Shown here piece by piece: positions 25,900 to 38,729 of a stretch of 64,000 nucleotides of DNA. The stretch's first letter is position 1; every line of letters begins with the position of its first letter. Made by a program: the position numbers and the translations under genes. The stretch lies in assembly GCA_034780895.1 (NCBI GenBank), contig JAUZTB010000084.1:3668314-3732313 (forward strand), in the 5' to 3' direction. The notes under the pieces are model-generated. The model saw only the letters and a program-made list of their open reading frames with translations, was not told the DNA's origin and did no database searches. This stretch comes from Rhynchobatus australiae. Taxonomy: Eukaryota.

Positions 25900-26200
25900 G
25901 TCAAAGTGGTCCTTGGTTCAATTCACTAAGTGCTGAATTTGTTGATTTCAGTTGGGGCATTAGTTGGAGTGCTACCGCAGTCTTTGGCATCCTTCGGCTC
26001 AGGCAGAAGGCATGAACAACAGCCACGATTCATGCTTCTGTCTGTTAATCAGTGACCTCTGCTAGAATGGGCACGGTGTGAATGGAATTGGGTTCAGTTC
26101 CATTGTAACTCCCCTCTTCCCACATCTGAGTTATCCACTCTTGTGCATGGTCAAGTCAAGCACATGAACAATGATAGAAGGAACAATGATAATGGTAAAG
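25900..26200 (+). mobile_element. Old tRNA-SINE-like repeat (family C); related pieces near 36960-37330 and 41020-41200
   Basis: B-box-like 'ggttcaattc' then 'gtgctgaatttgttgatttcagttggggc...cagtgacctctgctagaa'. Confidence 0.4.
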
Positions 26201-29086
26201 CAGCAAGTGTGTGAAGATCCATAACCAAAAGTTGAATTTATTGGCAAATGTCATTCAGTCAATGAGGGTCATTGGTCTTGATATCTCGAAATTGACAGTA
26301 CATTGGAGAGCATTCTTCTGAGATGAGCTGTTTGGTCAAACTGAAAGGGAGGAATAATATTTTTCACAGCCTGAGAGAGTATAATGTTAATTTTGATGCA
26401 CTGAATTATGGAAAGTGTTCTGTTTTCAACAGTGAAATTGTTCATCTCCATGAGTAGAAGATTCAATAAATTTTACAAATGTGAATGTCCACGGCTTTAC
26501 TTTGAATAATTTTTAAAGGAAAAGTTTATTAACATTCCTGCTTGTTAGGCAGCAATATAACCTGTGATTTGTTTTTTAATGATGCATTAAAACTTCGACA
26601 GCTTGAGGACAGTTAACCCAATTTGAGACTCAGCTCAGGCACTGTTTTGCATGTGGTTAAAGTAGAGTATTCATATCCACAGAGGATCAACTGTTGGCTG
26701 AATGGTCTTAGTTGAATAGAGGCTGCAAGTCTACACAGATCAGGAAACATCCATCCCAGAACTGAAAGAATACTTTGGATATCAACCTGAAGCAAGTCTC
26801 CATTGATCCTTACATGTGTTTTCAGCTGATTATCATTAGTTCAGTTTCAGTGCCAGTGCATTTGGAAAGGAGCTAAAAATAATGTAATACTTCTGTTTTA
26901 GTAACTGCAGTCAGGTGTGAAATAAAATTAATATTTCATTGTTAGTGCTTGGAAATAATACATTCCACAATGCTTCTCCAGTATTAGGTGCACAATAGAG
27001 CATTTGCAAGTTCTGGAATTAATTTTTTTATTCTTTTCTCCTTTCAAAGAAGTTTATTATTAAATGGTTATTCCCACTTGTGACATATCCTCAGCCCTTT
27101 GTTGATCCTCCTGTACATCTATGCCATTCATATTGGACAAAAATGTGCCAGGTTAATTGTCCCCCTTATATTTTCTGTTAGGTCCCTGTGTGGAAAAATA
27201 CTCGCTTTCTGATCTTACAGATGGCCTCAGTTGTGACCTGGGTATTCAGTGTGTAGGGTATGGTTTGTGGGGGCTCAGAGATGAATGAACCACCTTCCAA
27301 GACTTCTGGAGTAATGCATGGCACATCAGAACACTGCCCCATCAGGCTGCCTTAGATTAACCTTTGAACTTTGCTGCAGTTGCTGTGACACTGTAATTAA
27401 TCCCTCAAGTATTTAATCTGGACTAAAATTCAGTTCAGAACTGAGCGCATCTCAAGCAAACTGGCAGATTTCTTTGAAAAGCTTTTTGTAGCTTCTCCAG
27501 AATGATTGCCCCTGTTTGTCTTCAAATTAGGAGATTTATTGCAACCACATTCAGAGACACAATAAATAAATGCAGTTCTGCTACAATTGCATTCTTATAG
27601 ATGGTGACATGGGGAATAACAAGAGGCCAGTAGGTTTCCAGCTTCGGGCTGAATTGTTTTCCAAGTTCAGTTTATAGATGCAGGAGTTGAAAGGGTGGTG
27701 TGTGTACATGGCAGAGAAAGAAAGGAAGAAAATCAGGATTGGCATGATAAGAACAGGAGACTAAGTGAAACTTTCAAGCTCCACAAGCGAAATGAAGACT
27801 AGTAGCTTCATTCATCGTCATGCTCCCTGTTACGTAAACCAAGACCCAATGTTGTTGTTTACAATCTATTATAGCTCACCCAAGCCGTTAGATGCAACTC
27901 TGGTTTGGCCTCTGATCAGTCAGTTCTGTTATATATACACTTGGTTTACAGTCCAACTTTTTCATTGCATCAAAAACTATTGCCATATTAAATTGCCATA
28001 TTCTGGGATTCTTTAAAATTGATAAACAAGGAAAGTTAGCAATTTTATTAATTACACAATGTTCAGGCAGAAGAGCATTATACTGAAGCACATAAGAAAA
28101 TCATAGATTCTGATCTGCTTATTGAGTATTTCTTGATTTTACTTGTGTTGTTTGACAAGTATCTCAAGATTGATAAAAGGACTATTGGATACCCTTGCAT
28201 NNNNNNNNNNNNNNNNNNNNNNNNNNNNNNNNNNNNNNNNNNNNNNNNNNNNNNNNNNNNNNNNNNNNNNNNNNNNNNNNNNNNNNNNNNNNNNNNNNNN
28301 NNNNNNNNNNNNNNNNNNNNNNNNNNNNNNNNNNNNNNNNNNNNNNNNNNNNNNNNNNNNNNNNNNNNNNNNNNNNNNNNNNNNNNNNNNNNNNNNNNNN
28401 NNNNNNNNNNNNNNNNNNNNNNNNNNNNNNNNNTACTGGGTATGTGTGCTGCTTATTCTCACTGTAACATCTCTTTTGTTGGAGTTCTTTCCATTTAGAT
28501 TTGATATATGTCCGAAAGTCAGAGCTCCAGTACACTGGAGTTTCATTTCTTTCCTTTTATATATATACAGCTTTCAAACTTGGCAGCTGGCGTCTGTGCT
28601 GCTTCGTACACTGTTTCATAGAAAACTGACAACTTAGCTGCCCTTTTACACAGTGTGTCTCACAAATACATCAGAGCTGAGTTGCTTGTATGTATAAGCA
28701 GATTTGAAACTGGTCACCCAGTGGTAGGACTGATCTCCCAGCGTTATTTGTTTCCACCCTTTATATCTCATGCATTTCTCACTTCATTCCTTCCACTCCA
28801 TTTTTACAAATATCATCAAAGCATTTGTTATTTGTGACCAAAACATCTTCTCCAACTTCATTAACATTCAATGCATAAAACAGCAAAAAAAACACAGCTA
28901 ATCTCCCTGCAGGAATACATAATACAGCAATAGAGATGATCTAAATTTGTTCAAAATACAAAAGGGAAAAGAAAAGTGAGGATTGGTAAAGTAACAGTTC
29001 TAAATTGTGCAGGGCAGTTTTTCAGTACTTTGCTCTGAAATCTTAGCTATTCACCACAGAAACCAATTATGTAGAATATCACTCAC

Positions 29087-29160
29087 CTGGTTAAAAATCT
29101 GTTTAGGCCATAACATTCTTTCCCCAAATGCACTCAAAATAAAATTACCATAAAAACAAT
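29087..29160 (-). other. Candidate 74-nt exon
   Basis: Minus acceptor TTTTATCATTCTGTGCAG| and consensus donor CAG|GTGAGT. One frame is open (CFYGNFILSAFGERMLWPKQIFNQ). Confidence 0.4.
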
Positions 29161-31488
29161 CTGCACAGAATGATAAAATTGAATTCGTCAGAAATCAGAA
29201 GACTGCTAGGAATGAATGTTATCCAATGCTTTTCACAAGCAGGTGAGAGTTAAGAAAGGTAAGAATGAANNNNNNNNNNNNNNNNNNNNNNNNNNNNNNN
29301 NNNNNNNNNNNNNNNNNNNNNNNNNNNNNNNNNNNNNNNNNNNNNNNNNNNNNNNNNNNNNNNNNNNNNGGCTTCTGAGGCTTAATTAAAACAATCTCTC
29401 ATTTTCCAATATTCAAGTTGCTACCTTTTTATTTGCATTAATGAAAAGAACTCGCGTGTCCTGTTGATTCTGAAAGGCTCTCTACATCTTAGGCATTTTA
29501 TAGTGAAGAATACTTTATGTGCAGTTACTCTTAACAGAAAACGATTGGTAGTGAATTTTCACACAAGCTACAGATAGTGATTCATGACTGAGTGATAAGT
29601 AATGATCAGGGTGCTGGTGAGAACACCTCTACTCTTCAAAATAGACTTTTAACACACAGCTAAGATAGCTCAGTAGTCCATCAGTACCATACAGAGTATA
29701 GCCAGAAAAGTACATGGCAAATCATTCACTAATCATGCATTTCATTTTTCATCTGGTGCAGCTCACTAGCATTAAAATCTTACAATATTTTTCCAATGGG
29801 TATTGTTTCCTCCTTTTGAACAGTAATAAACACTGGCTGACACACAATTTATGGTGGTATTCTCCAAAATAGTGTTTTTGTTAAATATAGTTCCACATAA
29901 ACAGATAATTTCCTTCAATCACCAAATCTAACTAATTATTGTAAACTAGCAGATAAAGCAAGTTACCCTGGCCTAAGGATATTGTAAGCTGTCATTTAAA
30001 ATGCAAACACTATTTCAAAATATATACTCCTTTGATCACAAAGAACCTAACATTGGTCAATTTCTATATACATCTTTAATTCAACTCCCCTTCTCCATAA
30101 ATTCATCAATCTCATAGCCTTCACTGAGCTTCTCTGTATGATTATCAACTTTCATTTTTCAGTCTATTACAAATTTACATAATAGCAAATGCACTTCAGA
30201 GTAATTCAAACAGTAACGTTCTAAGATTTTAAATACACATTGCAATTTAAAAGAAACTTAAACTTAAAATCCAGTCTATTGCCTTCATCATTCACTCTTG
30301 TTATGACTATCTCATTTACTATTCTTAGCTTCTCATTCACCCAAGTATCTGGTATTGGTCACATTGGGCAGTGCCCTATGGACGTATGTGCTACAAAGCA
30401 GCTTTTAGTTTTCAGATATTTCAAAATTTTTATATCTTTCCTTGGAGTTCACATGTTGATAGTTAATTAGCTAAATGTTCCTGCTTCTTTCTGCAGGTAT
30501 TTTTCTTTCCCAAGTTTGCAATTGTTCTTTTTCTCTATAATCTCAGGATATTACTTTATGCAGAACCACAGATACATAGGCAATGGCTGTGCTGGAAGTA
30601 CGTTAACAATATAGTAGAGTAAGCATTGGAAATTCGCTTGATGGCACATTGTTAACAACATATTTCCCTTGTTCAGCACTGCCTAAACACAAAATGACAG
30701 CTTTTATTCTTATTTTCAGTTCACTTAGTTTCATTGCTGATTTGTGCATATGTTGTGAAAATCGCACTTTGTATTTGTGTGAAATTCTAACAGGGTTGCA
30801 GTAAAAAAAATCCAATTTTCCATAGTTCCACTTAAAAGGGGAGTGCAATATATAGTTACCTGACCTACAAGAATGGAATTAAATAGAACCAGAACATTCA
30901 ATTTTAACAATAAAATCAAAAGTGGAATGTAACTTTCCATCAGTAGCCACAGTTAGTTACCACAAGATGCACTTTCCAGAAAAATGTGCTTAATGGGGTG
31001 GTGGTGTGATGCTTTCGGATTGAGAAAAGTGTAATCCTTGACAAACTGACCCAGAATATGTGTGCCAAAATTGGAAATCATATCAATATAATTTATCAAA
31101 ATAAACCATACCATAAATACTACAAATAACGAAATTATCTGTAACTCTCTATGTTTATTGTTTAACGTAATATATTTCAATATATTATGAAAATTGTCAA
31201 ATGTTTTGATGTGTTGATGCACAGAAGAAATTCCTCTTTTGAGAGCAATTTGGATCTTTCCGCCCTCACAGAGTTAACTCGCACAATTATTCGTATTAAG
31301 ATCGACCAGTGCTGACTGAATCTGTTCACAACTGTAGAAAACTTTGTGTGTATAAAACAGAGGCCTTCTATTCAGCAGATTACTCTGCATTTAATAAAGT
31401 GAGTGGAGATCAGATTGCACAAGAATCTGCAAATTTGCAAAGTAGAAAAAATCTTCCAAATGAGTAAAGCATTTTAGCTCTCGCTTAC

Positions 31489-31938
31489 CTGTTCAAGGTT
31501 TGCTCATCTTCAGGCACTGTGATTCAAATCAAGCCCCCATGAAACACAACAGATATTCCACTAAGCGAAGGAAAAGAGATCAAAAAGAGTTCAACACACT
31601 CCTGAAGTCAGAAAGCACGAGCAAGGTACACAGCCACCGGACGATCATACATCAAGGAAAAAAACAGGTTGGGTCTCAATGTTCCAAAGATGTTTCAGAC
31701 AAGCCAGTTAGTAACCACTGCAAGAGCTCAACTGGAGAACTGAGGGCTCCTGCTGACACGCTTGCTGAAAATTCTGATGAGATCACCGGTAGGTTGGGCT
31801 TCTGGGTTGACAGACAGCCGAGGATGTGTTTGGGACTTTGCATTTACAGCTATCTTGAGGGGATGTGAAGCTAACCTTGTGGTCTATTCCATACGGAATA
31901 ACTCAGTCATGTGTACTCACTTAAACAAAAGCCAACGG
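31489..31938 (-). other. Candidate first or 5'UTR exon of an unidentified minus-strand transcript
   Basis: Consensus donor AACAG|GTAAGC at 31489/31488; possible acceptor TTTTTATCTTAG at 31939-31940. It lies in a repeat-poor stretch with more CpG than the flanks. Confidence 0.4.
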
Positions 31939-32410
31939 CTAAGATAAAAACCGAGACAAACAGGGAAAAAAACCAGAATCAATGTGCAGTCATTTATCTA
32001 CTACAACTTGAGAGAGTTTGATCATTTTATTGTTCTTCAATTTGCTGATAGAATGTTGAGTAAATCAGGCAATGGCACCTTTTTTCTAAACCTTTTTGAA
32101 AACCCTGAATAGCACGATACATTGTTTGCTTCCCTTTTGGATGGTCATTGGTCGGGCAGACCTGGAGATCTCTGCACTGTATGGAATTGACAATCTTAAC
32201 GTGATACATAATTTTGATGCATTGTTTAAAAGGGGGATAGTGGAACATGGGTCATTTGCTGTATGCTATGCTGCTGTTATACGCTTTTAAACAGTATTTT
32301 CTTTTAGCAAGGGGGCAGTATTTTCGGATTCTCGAATGCCGATGTTTATTCTGACCAGATTAATTCGATGATGCTGCCTACTTCTATCAAATACATTATG
32401 AATTTCTGTA

Positions 32411-32414
<4 letters not shown>

Positions 32415-32451
<37 letters not shown>

Positions 32452-32474
32452 AGAGAGAGAGAGAGAGAGAGAGA
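32415..32474. repeat. Compound microsatellite (TG)n-(AG)n
   Basis: About 16 TG units followed by about 11 AG units. Confidence 0.98.
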
Positions 32475-33129
32475 CATTGCATTCAAAATATGCTTTACAT
32501 ATCCTCATATGCACTATATGTGTAAATATTTTTTGGAAATGTTATTTACTTAATAAAAATTAGGCAGGTGGCAGCTGTTTATCTGAGGGCAGAGCTGACA
32601 AGTGTGAAAGTGTCATTTTAAATTTCTGTAAGTGCAGCATTGAAAACTGTCAAGCACTGCTTTGAAATCTGTCTGGTTAACATTAATGGGAACTCAGCAG
32701 GGCACGTACTTGAATTGATTTCGAACATTATTGGAGGTGGATATTTTACACATTCAGGATGGTTTTTAACATGCTTAATGATTAGGGGGTGACGGGAGTC
32801 ATGATCTGTCCTGTGATGANNNNNNNNNNNNNNNNNNNNNNNNNNNNNNNNNNNNNNNNNNNNNNNNNNNNNNNNNNNNNNNNNNNNNNNNNNNNNNNNN
32901 NNNNNNNNNNNNNNNNNNNNNNNNNNNNNNNNNNNNNNNNNNNNNNNNNNNNNNNNNNNNNNTTGTTTCTCTTTTGTTAAGTTCAGGTACAGGTATAAGT
33001 TGCAAATCCCTGATAAAATGTTTAAAATATGCTATGTGGACCTGTACAGTATCAATACTGCATGCATGCATTAAAAAATGATAGTTATCTACGTTAAAAG
33101 TGTTTATGTGTATTTCTGTAGAATACACA

Positions 33130-33465
33130 AGCATAGTAGTTGAGTTGCAGAACTGATATCCAGATGCCCAGACTAACGATCTAAAGACATGAGGTTGAAT
33201 CCCATCAGAGCAGCTAGGAAATTTAAAATTGCATCATCAAATATCAGTAATGGTTACCACAAAAATACCAGATTACAAAAAAAAATCTGATAGGCAGATG
33301 TCCTTCGAGGAAGGAAATATGCCATTCTTACCCACTCTGGCCAAAATGTGACTCCAGGTCCACAGCAATGTGGTTGATTCTTAATTGCCGTATGATTTGG
33401 CCCATCAAGTCACAAAGGCCTGGGGCCAGTTGGTGACAGACACTAAATTCTGAGAACAAATGAAT
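33130..33465 (+). mobile_element. SINE family A
   Basis: 'tccttcgaggaaggaaatatgccattcttaccc...gtgactccaggtccacagcaatgtggttgattcttaattgcc'; related to 5581-5912. Confidence 0.75.
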
Positions 33466-33957
33466 AAACTTAATCTGGGCATATAATATGTAGATACTTA
33501 ACAACAGCACAAATGAGCTGTTATTGGAGCAGCTTTAATATAGTTAACAATATCAGATCATTTCACAGGAGTACTGCAGAATTTCAAATTGAGCTAGATG
33601 ATACTAGGATTGATAATTTGACACCTTGGGTACTTAAGACCAAATATGTTCATCTGGAAAAGTTCAATTAGATATCAGGAGACAATTGGAACAGGATGCT
33701 GTACTTCTGATCCCAATATTTAGATAAATTTTGATTATGTACTTTATTTTTTAATAACTTCATGGAGTGATTTGGGAAATCGAGAAATAGACGGTTGAAG
33801 CAGTGTTTTGCTGTCCATACTGCAAAAATGGGAAAGGTGAAACAGACATTACATATCACCATTGGTGGGAATGTTTAATTACACTGACGGGTTTATGTTG
33901 GAAATTTCTGCTATAAATGTAGTTTGTTGTACTGTATAGATCTAAGATCTGAAAATC

Positions 33958-34120
33958 AAAAAACCCTGCAGATACTGGAAATCTGAAATAAAAACAGAAA
34001 ACGCTGGCAATATTCAGCAGGTCAGACTGCCTCTGTGGGAAGAGAAACAGACCTGAAATTTTAAATCTGTTTCTCCCACTACCAATGCCGAGTATTTCCA
34101 GCATTTTCTGTTTTATTTTA
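33958..34120. mobile_element. Penelope-pLTR-derived fold-back element
   Basis: Arms 'aaataaaaacagaaaacgctgg' / 'ccagcattttctgtttttattt' and inner 'gagaaacaga' / 'tctgtttctc'. Confidence 0.75.
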
Positions 34121-35639
34121 AATTTAAGATTTAAATGTTCTAGTCAAAGATTTGCATAACATATCTATAACCCATATAGTTTATTTATTTAAAGGCTCAT
34201 TACCTTTGAAAAATATGTTTGTATGCTTTGTAACATTTCACTTAAAAAATACAGAATTAGATCAGCTTTTCTGATATGATGGATGATGAATTTTTAGTAA
34301 TTATTGCAATGCAAGTTTTGTTTTGATTATTATAAATTTATTCATGCAATGATATTTGACCAGATATTCACTCAATTAGCTAATTCTGATTTCTCTTTAT
34401 ACAAACCTGGAAAGCTGATGCTCAATTTCTATTACCAGAGTGACAGCATGATTTAGTCTTCAGTGAAATCTCAGAGTACAACACGAGTATCACATATGTC
34501 ATTAGTTCTTGTGGTTAACTAAAACTTGCCATTTTTGCTGATAATTGAGGTTCTTGTACTATGTAGAATTAGTAAGTGTAGCCATTGAGAGCAGTATGCA
34601 GTAAAGTGCTAAGTTGTCTGAATAGTTTTCAGTGGGATGAGTAATTTAGCTTTGCTTTCATTCACTGGACTTGTTACTGAATTGTTTTTATTTTAGAATC
34701 AAAATTACAATTTTGCAAACTAACTTGACCTTGAATGTGGTGAAAGGTTCTTTAAAAGATTGAATAAAAATACCTTCAAATTGATAGAGGGAAATGTCCA
34801 TTGGTTTTGTTGTCGGATTTTAACACCGTGATCTGCAATGTTTCAGAGAGTCATTCTATAAGTGATTTCCTTGCAGTTCACTAATGTGTCTCACTGATTG
34901 GCACATGTGGGATCACCTTGGCAGTGGGAGGTGAATTACAGAAAATAAGATGGGTATTGAATATCTTTGGCAGACTTTGGCAGAATGAGAATTGCCCTCC
35001 ATCTTCTTGGCTAAGGAATGTTGTCAGGAAAGGGGGAACAATGGGGGATAAAAGGATGAAAAGCTGACAATTTACCCTTTCCAAGATCTAATTGAATACA
35101 AATTATACAGGGTCAACTTTGGCAAATATCAGNNNNNNNNNNNNNNNNNNNNNNNNNNNNNNNNNNNNNNNNNNNNNNNNNNNNNNNNNNNNNNNNNNNN
35201 NNNNNNNNNNNNNNNNNNNNNNNNNNNNNNNNTGCTATCCAATATATCCTTTAGGAGCCTGAGTGTATCAAGAATTTAATTCTGGGCTATTTTACTCCAA
35301 ACAGGGGTGAAGTTTGCTGCAATAATATTTTTACAGTTGCTTTCAAATGCAGTCCAAATGTAGAGGAAGTAATTAGACAGTTTTTAGATTTGTTTTCCGT
35401 TCAAATCAGCTGAAATTTCATTTAATTCTCCAGCAGTCAGATTATCCCAAATCAACTTAGCCTTAAGTCCCAGAGCAGCTACAGGTGGCAACCAGACCTT
35501 AAACAGAATATTTTTAAATAACTAGATAGCTACCATAATTGCATATTTCTAAGTGTATATCCCTGCATTTACATGGGGAACATTGAGCTCAACATGTATT
35601 CTGGGATCCAGGTTCCATTGTGCAAAATCATTCAGGATT

Positions 35640-36187
35640 ATAACACATTGATGCAATCACAAAGAAGGCACCCCAGCGGCTCTACTTTATTAGGAGTTTG
35701 AGGAGATTTGGTATGTCATCAAAGACTCTTGCAAATTTCTATAGATGTATGGGGGAGAGCATTTTGACTGGTTGCATCACAGCCAGGTACGGAGGCTCCA
35801 ATGTACAAGATCGAAAGAGGCTGCAGAGGGTTGTAGCCTCAACCAGCTTCATCACGGGCACTACCCTCCCCACGATCAAAGACATCTTCAAGAGGCAGTG
35901 CCTCAAGAAGGCAGCATCCATCATTTAGGACTCTCACCATCTGGGACATGCCCTCTTCTCGTTAGTACAATCGGGGAGGTACAGGAGCCTGAAGACTCAC
36001 ACTCAATGTTTCAGGAACAGCTCCTTCCCCTCCGCCATCAGATTTCTGAACAGTTCATGAACCCACAAACTCTACCTGGTTATTCCTGTTTTACACAATT
36101 TTATTTATTTTTTGGTAACATTGTAATTTTTATGTCTTGCGCTGTACTGCTGCTGCAAAACAACAAATTTCACAACATATGTCAGTG
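35640..36187 (+). mobile_element. Rex1/Babar-type LINE 3' end
   Basis: KKAPQRLYFIRSLRRFGMSSKTLANFYRCMGESILTGCITARYG...HALFSLVQSGRYRSLKTHT. Confidence 0.85.
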
Positions 36188-36444
36188 NNNNNNNNNNNNN
36201 NNNNNNNNNNNNNNNNNNNNNNNNNNNNNNNNNNNNNTTGCCACAGATCTTCTGATGTTTTGTTCAAGAGTCTCCCCACATAGTAACTTCCAAAAAGATT
36301 GCAGCCAGGAGGGCATCACTGCTGGACTTGTTTTCACCTAATTTCCACCCATCAGCAGGGAAAAACCAGATGTCAGCAGGAAACTGGAATAATTTTTCCC
36401 TCTCTTTGCTTGGTATCCAAGTTTAGGCTGACTGGCAAAATTTT

Positions 36445-36595
36445 TATTGATTTGTTCATGGAATAAGGGCATTGCTGGCAAGGCCAGCTTTCAATGCTGA
36501 TCTCGAAATGGCCTTGAGAAGATGCTGGTGAGGCACCTTCTTTAATGCTGCAGTCTATGTGATGACCATGTATTTGAAGAGGGAGTTCCTGGCTG
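36445..36595 (-). mobile_element. 3' tail of the LINE family seen at 22140-24850
   Basis: 'gggcattgctggcaaggccagc...ccttgagaagatgctggtgag'. Confidence 0.55.
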
Positions 36596-37946
36596 AGATC
36601 AATTAGTTGGCTTCAAGACAAAGTTAAGAGCCAGGATTTTTAGTTTTAATACAGCTCAGTTAAAGGCTGACTTAATCAACAAAGTCAACAGGAAACAGTT
36701 ATAATTGTATTCCATCCAGCCAAGATGTGCAAAAGTGTGAACCGTAACATTTCCTCCTGTTGGTTTTTGCTCCCTGTGGCCTGAGGAATTATCTGGCTTC
36801 ACTTCAGTTATTGCTTCCAAAAGGCATGTATGAATTCAGGGGAATTGGTGCTGAAACACCATCTCAGAGCTCTGGTTTACCACTTAGTATTTTCAAACAT
36901 CTTAATAGCAATTTTATAGAGTAACAATGCTAATGTGAAATATTGAACTTTATTCTTCGAACTCCCCTGGTGGCCTAGTGGATAAAATCACTGGCCAATG
37001 TAGAGTTTTATCTGTGCGGCAAGAAGGTTCAAGTTCAATTGCTAGGCTTATGCTGAGTCTGCCAACCGTAGATTTATTATAGAGATCTTGCGTTGATCCT
37101 TCGTGCTCCTGGCCTGAAGAGTGAAAGTTAGTCATGGTTCTTGCTTCTGTTATAAGCAAATAAATCCATCTGGCACACATGAATATGTGGCTCTCATTTG
37201 AGAACAGGTTTACACTCAGTTTTTGCACCATCTGTGTTCAGGTTTGTTGCTGATGTCCACGTTGTCACTTGGACAAGGCATTGGAGAATTGTCTCTACTA
37301 TTGGAGCTGTTCCCAGCATGAATCAATGTCTTTAGAAAAACAGGGTAGACAATTATTCTAGCTTCATGAAGCATGATTGTCAAATCATTTTAAAGAATGT
37401 ATTGGTTTGAAGGAAAAATGTCCCATTTAATATTAATTATAATTACCTGCAGGCTTGTTGCTTCTGTAGGTGATGCTAATATACTTCTAAAGTAAGAAAG
37501 ACGCTAAGTTTCTTCACAGCTGGTTGTTTTGAAGTGGGAATAGATGCCAAGTTGGAAAGAAAAGACTTGTCTGATAGAAAGTTTGCCTAAAGTGAGCAAC
37601 TGAGAAAATACTTTTGAAGATGGAAAAGGTTGTAATTGCAAAGAAGCAGGATGGTTGTAGACTAAGGCAAGGATTCAGTTAACGTTTCTAGCCTTTTTAT
37701 TATCTTACTAACTTAAATAAATCTCTTTGTGAAGGTCTTGTATCTCTCCCAAACATCATTCTGCTGTCAAAATAAATATCTTTTCTGTATTTCCCCAACA
37801 ATTAATGCTCACATTCCTCACCTTGATGCCTCTGCTTCTTTGTCTCNNNNNNNNNNNNNNNNNNNNNNNNNNNNNNNNNNNNNNNNNNNNNNNNNNNNNN
37901 NNNNNNNNNNNNNNNNNNNNNNNNNNNNNNNNNNNNNNNNNNNNNN

Positions 37947-38030
37947 GTCTCTGCATCAGACCTAGTGCAGTTCAAATTCATGTGCATACCTTTGTCACTT
38001 CTAGATTTGATTTCTGGAACTCTCTCCTCA
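37947..38030 (+). mobile_element. L2 LINE fragment
   Basis: HTFVTSRFDFWNSLL resembles the L2 motif HAFVTSRLDYCNSLL. Confidence 0.6.
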
Positions 38031-38729
38031 CCATTTCATTTGTTTGTAAAGACATTTGCAGGTCTATGGGGAAAGGATGAGGGAGTGAGTTTAGCCAGAT
38101 TACTCTTTGCATCGGGCCAAGAGCTAAGTAGTTTCCTTCTATTGCTGAAAACTTTCTGTGATTCTACAATTCTCTCTGTTGTCTTCAGGGTCCTCAAAAC
38201 TTGGGTACCTAATTTTTGCCTAGCACTGAGTTCTGCTTGTCCATCACCTAGCCATTGAAGATTTCCAGAGATACCTTTTCATTTAAACCATTACATTGAA
38301 AATTTTCATTCACTCTGTTGAGATCCTTGCCTATCTCGTTGCACTTCACCTTTCAGTGTCCACCATCTCCTATCTTTAAAATCTCTTGAATTTTTGAGTG
38401 CTTCCCTTATGTACATAGTCTTCAATGTGCTTGGTTCCTCTTCATCTATCAGCATTCCACCACGAGCATTGTTAAAATGCACATTTGGAGCCATCATGTG
38501 ACTTTTCCACCTCATCTATGTTTCAAGATTTTTCTGGACATTTTTCTATATTAATCAATACACTTGATTTCTGTTTTTGTTACTAGCTCAATTATGGCAA
38601 AATCTGTCCACCAAAATCTAATTCTATCTTTCCAGTGTCGATTCTTGAGTCTCTGTAGAATCTAACTGTTCAGCTCTTGTAAAACTTCAGGCTAACTCAA
38701 GCTTATCATTTGTTGGGAAAGTAAGGAAG

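Noticed and set aside
31500-31868. 122-aa plus-strand ORF
   Set aside because: It has a non-ATG start and no recognisable domain, and the splice signals here point to the minus strand.
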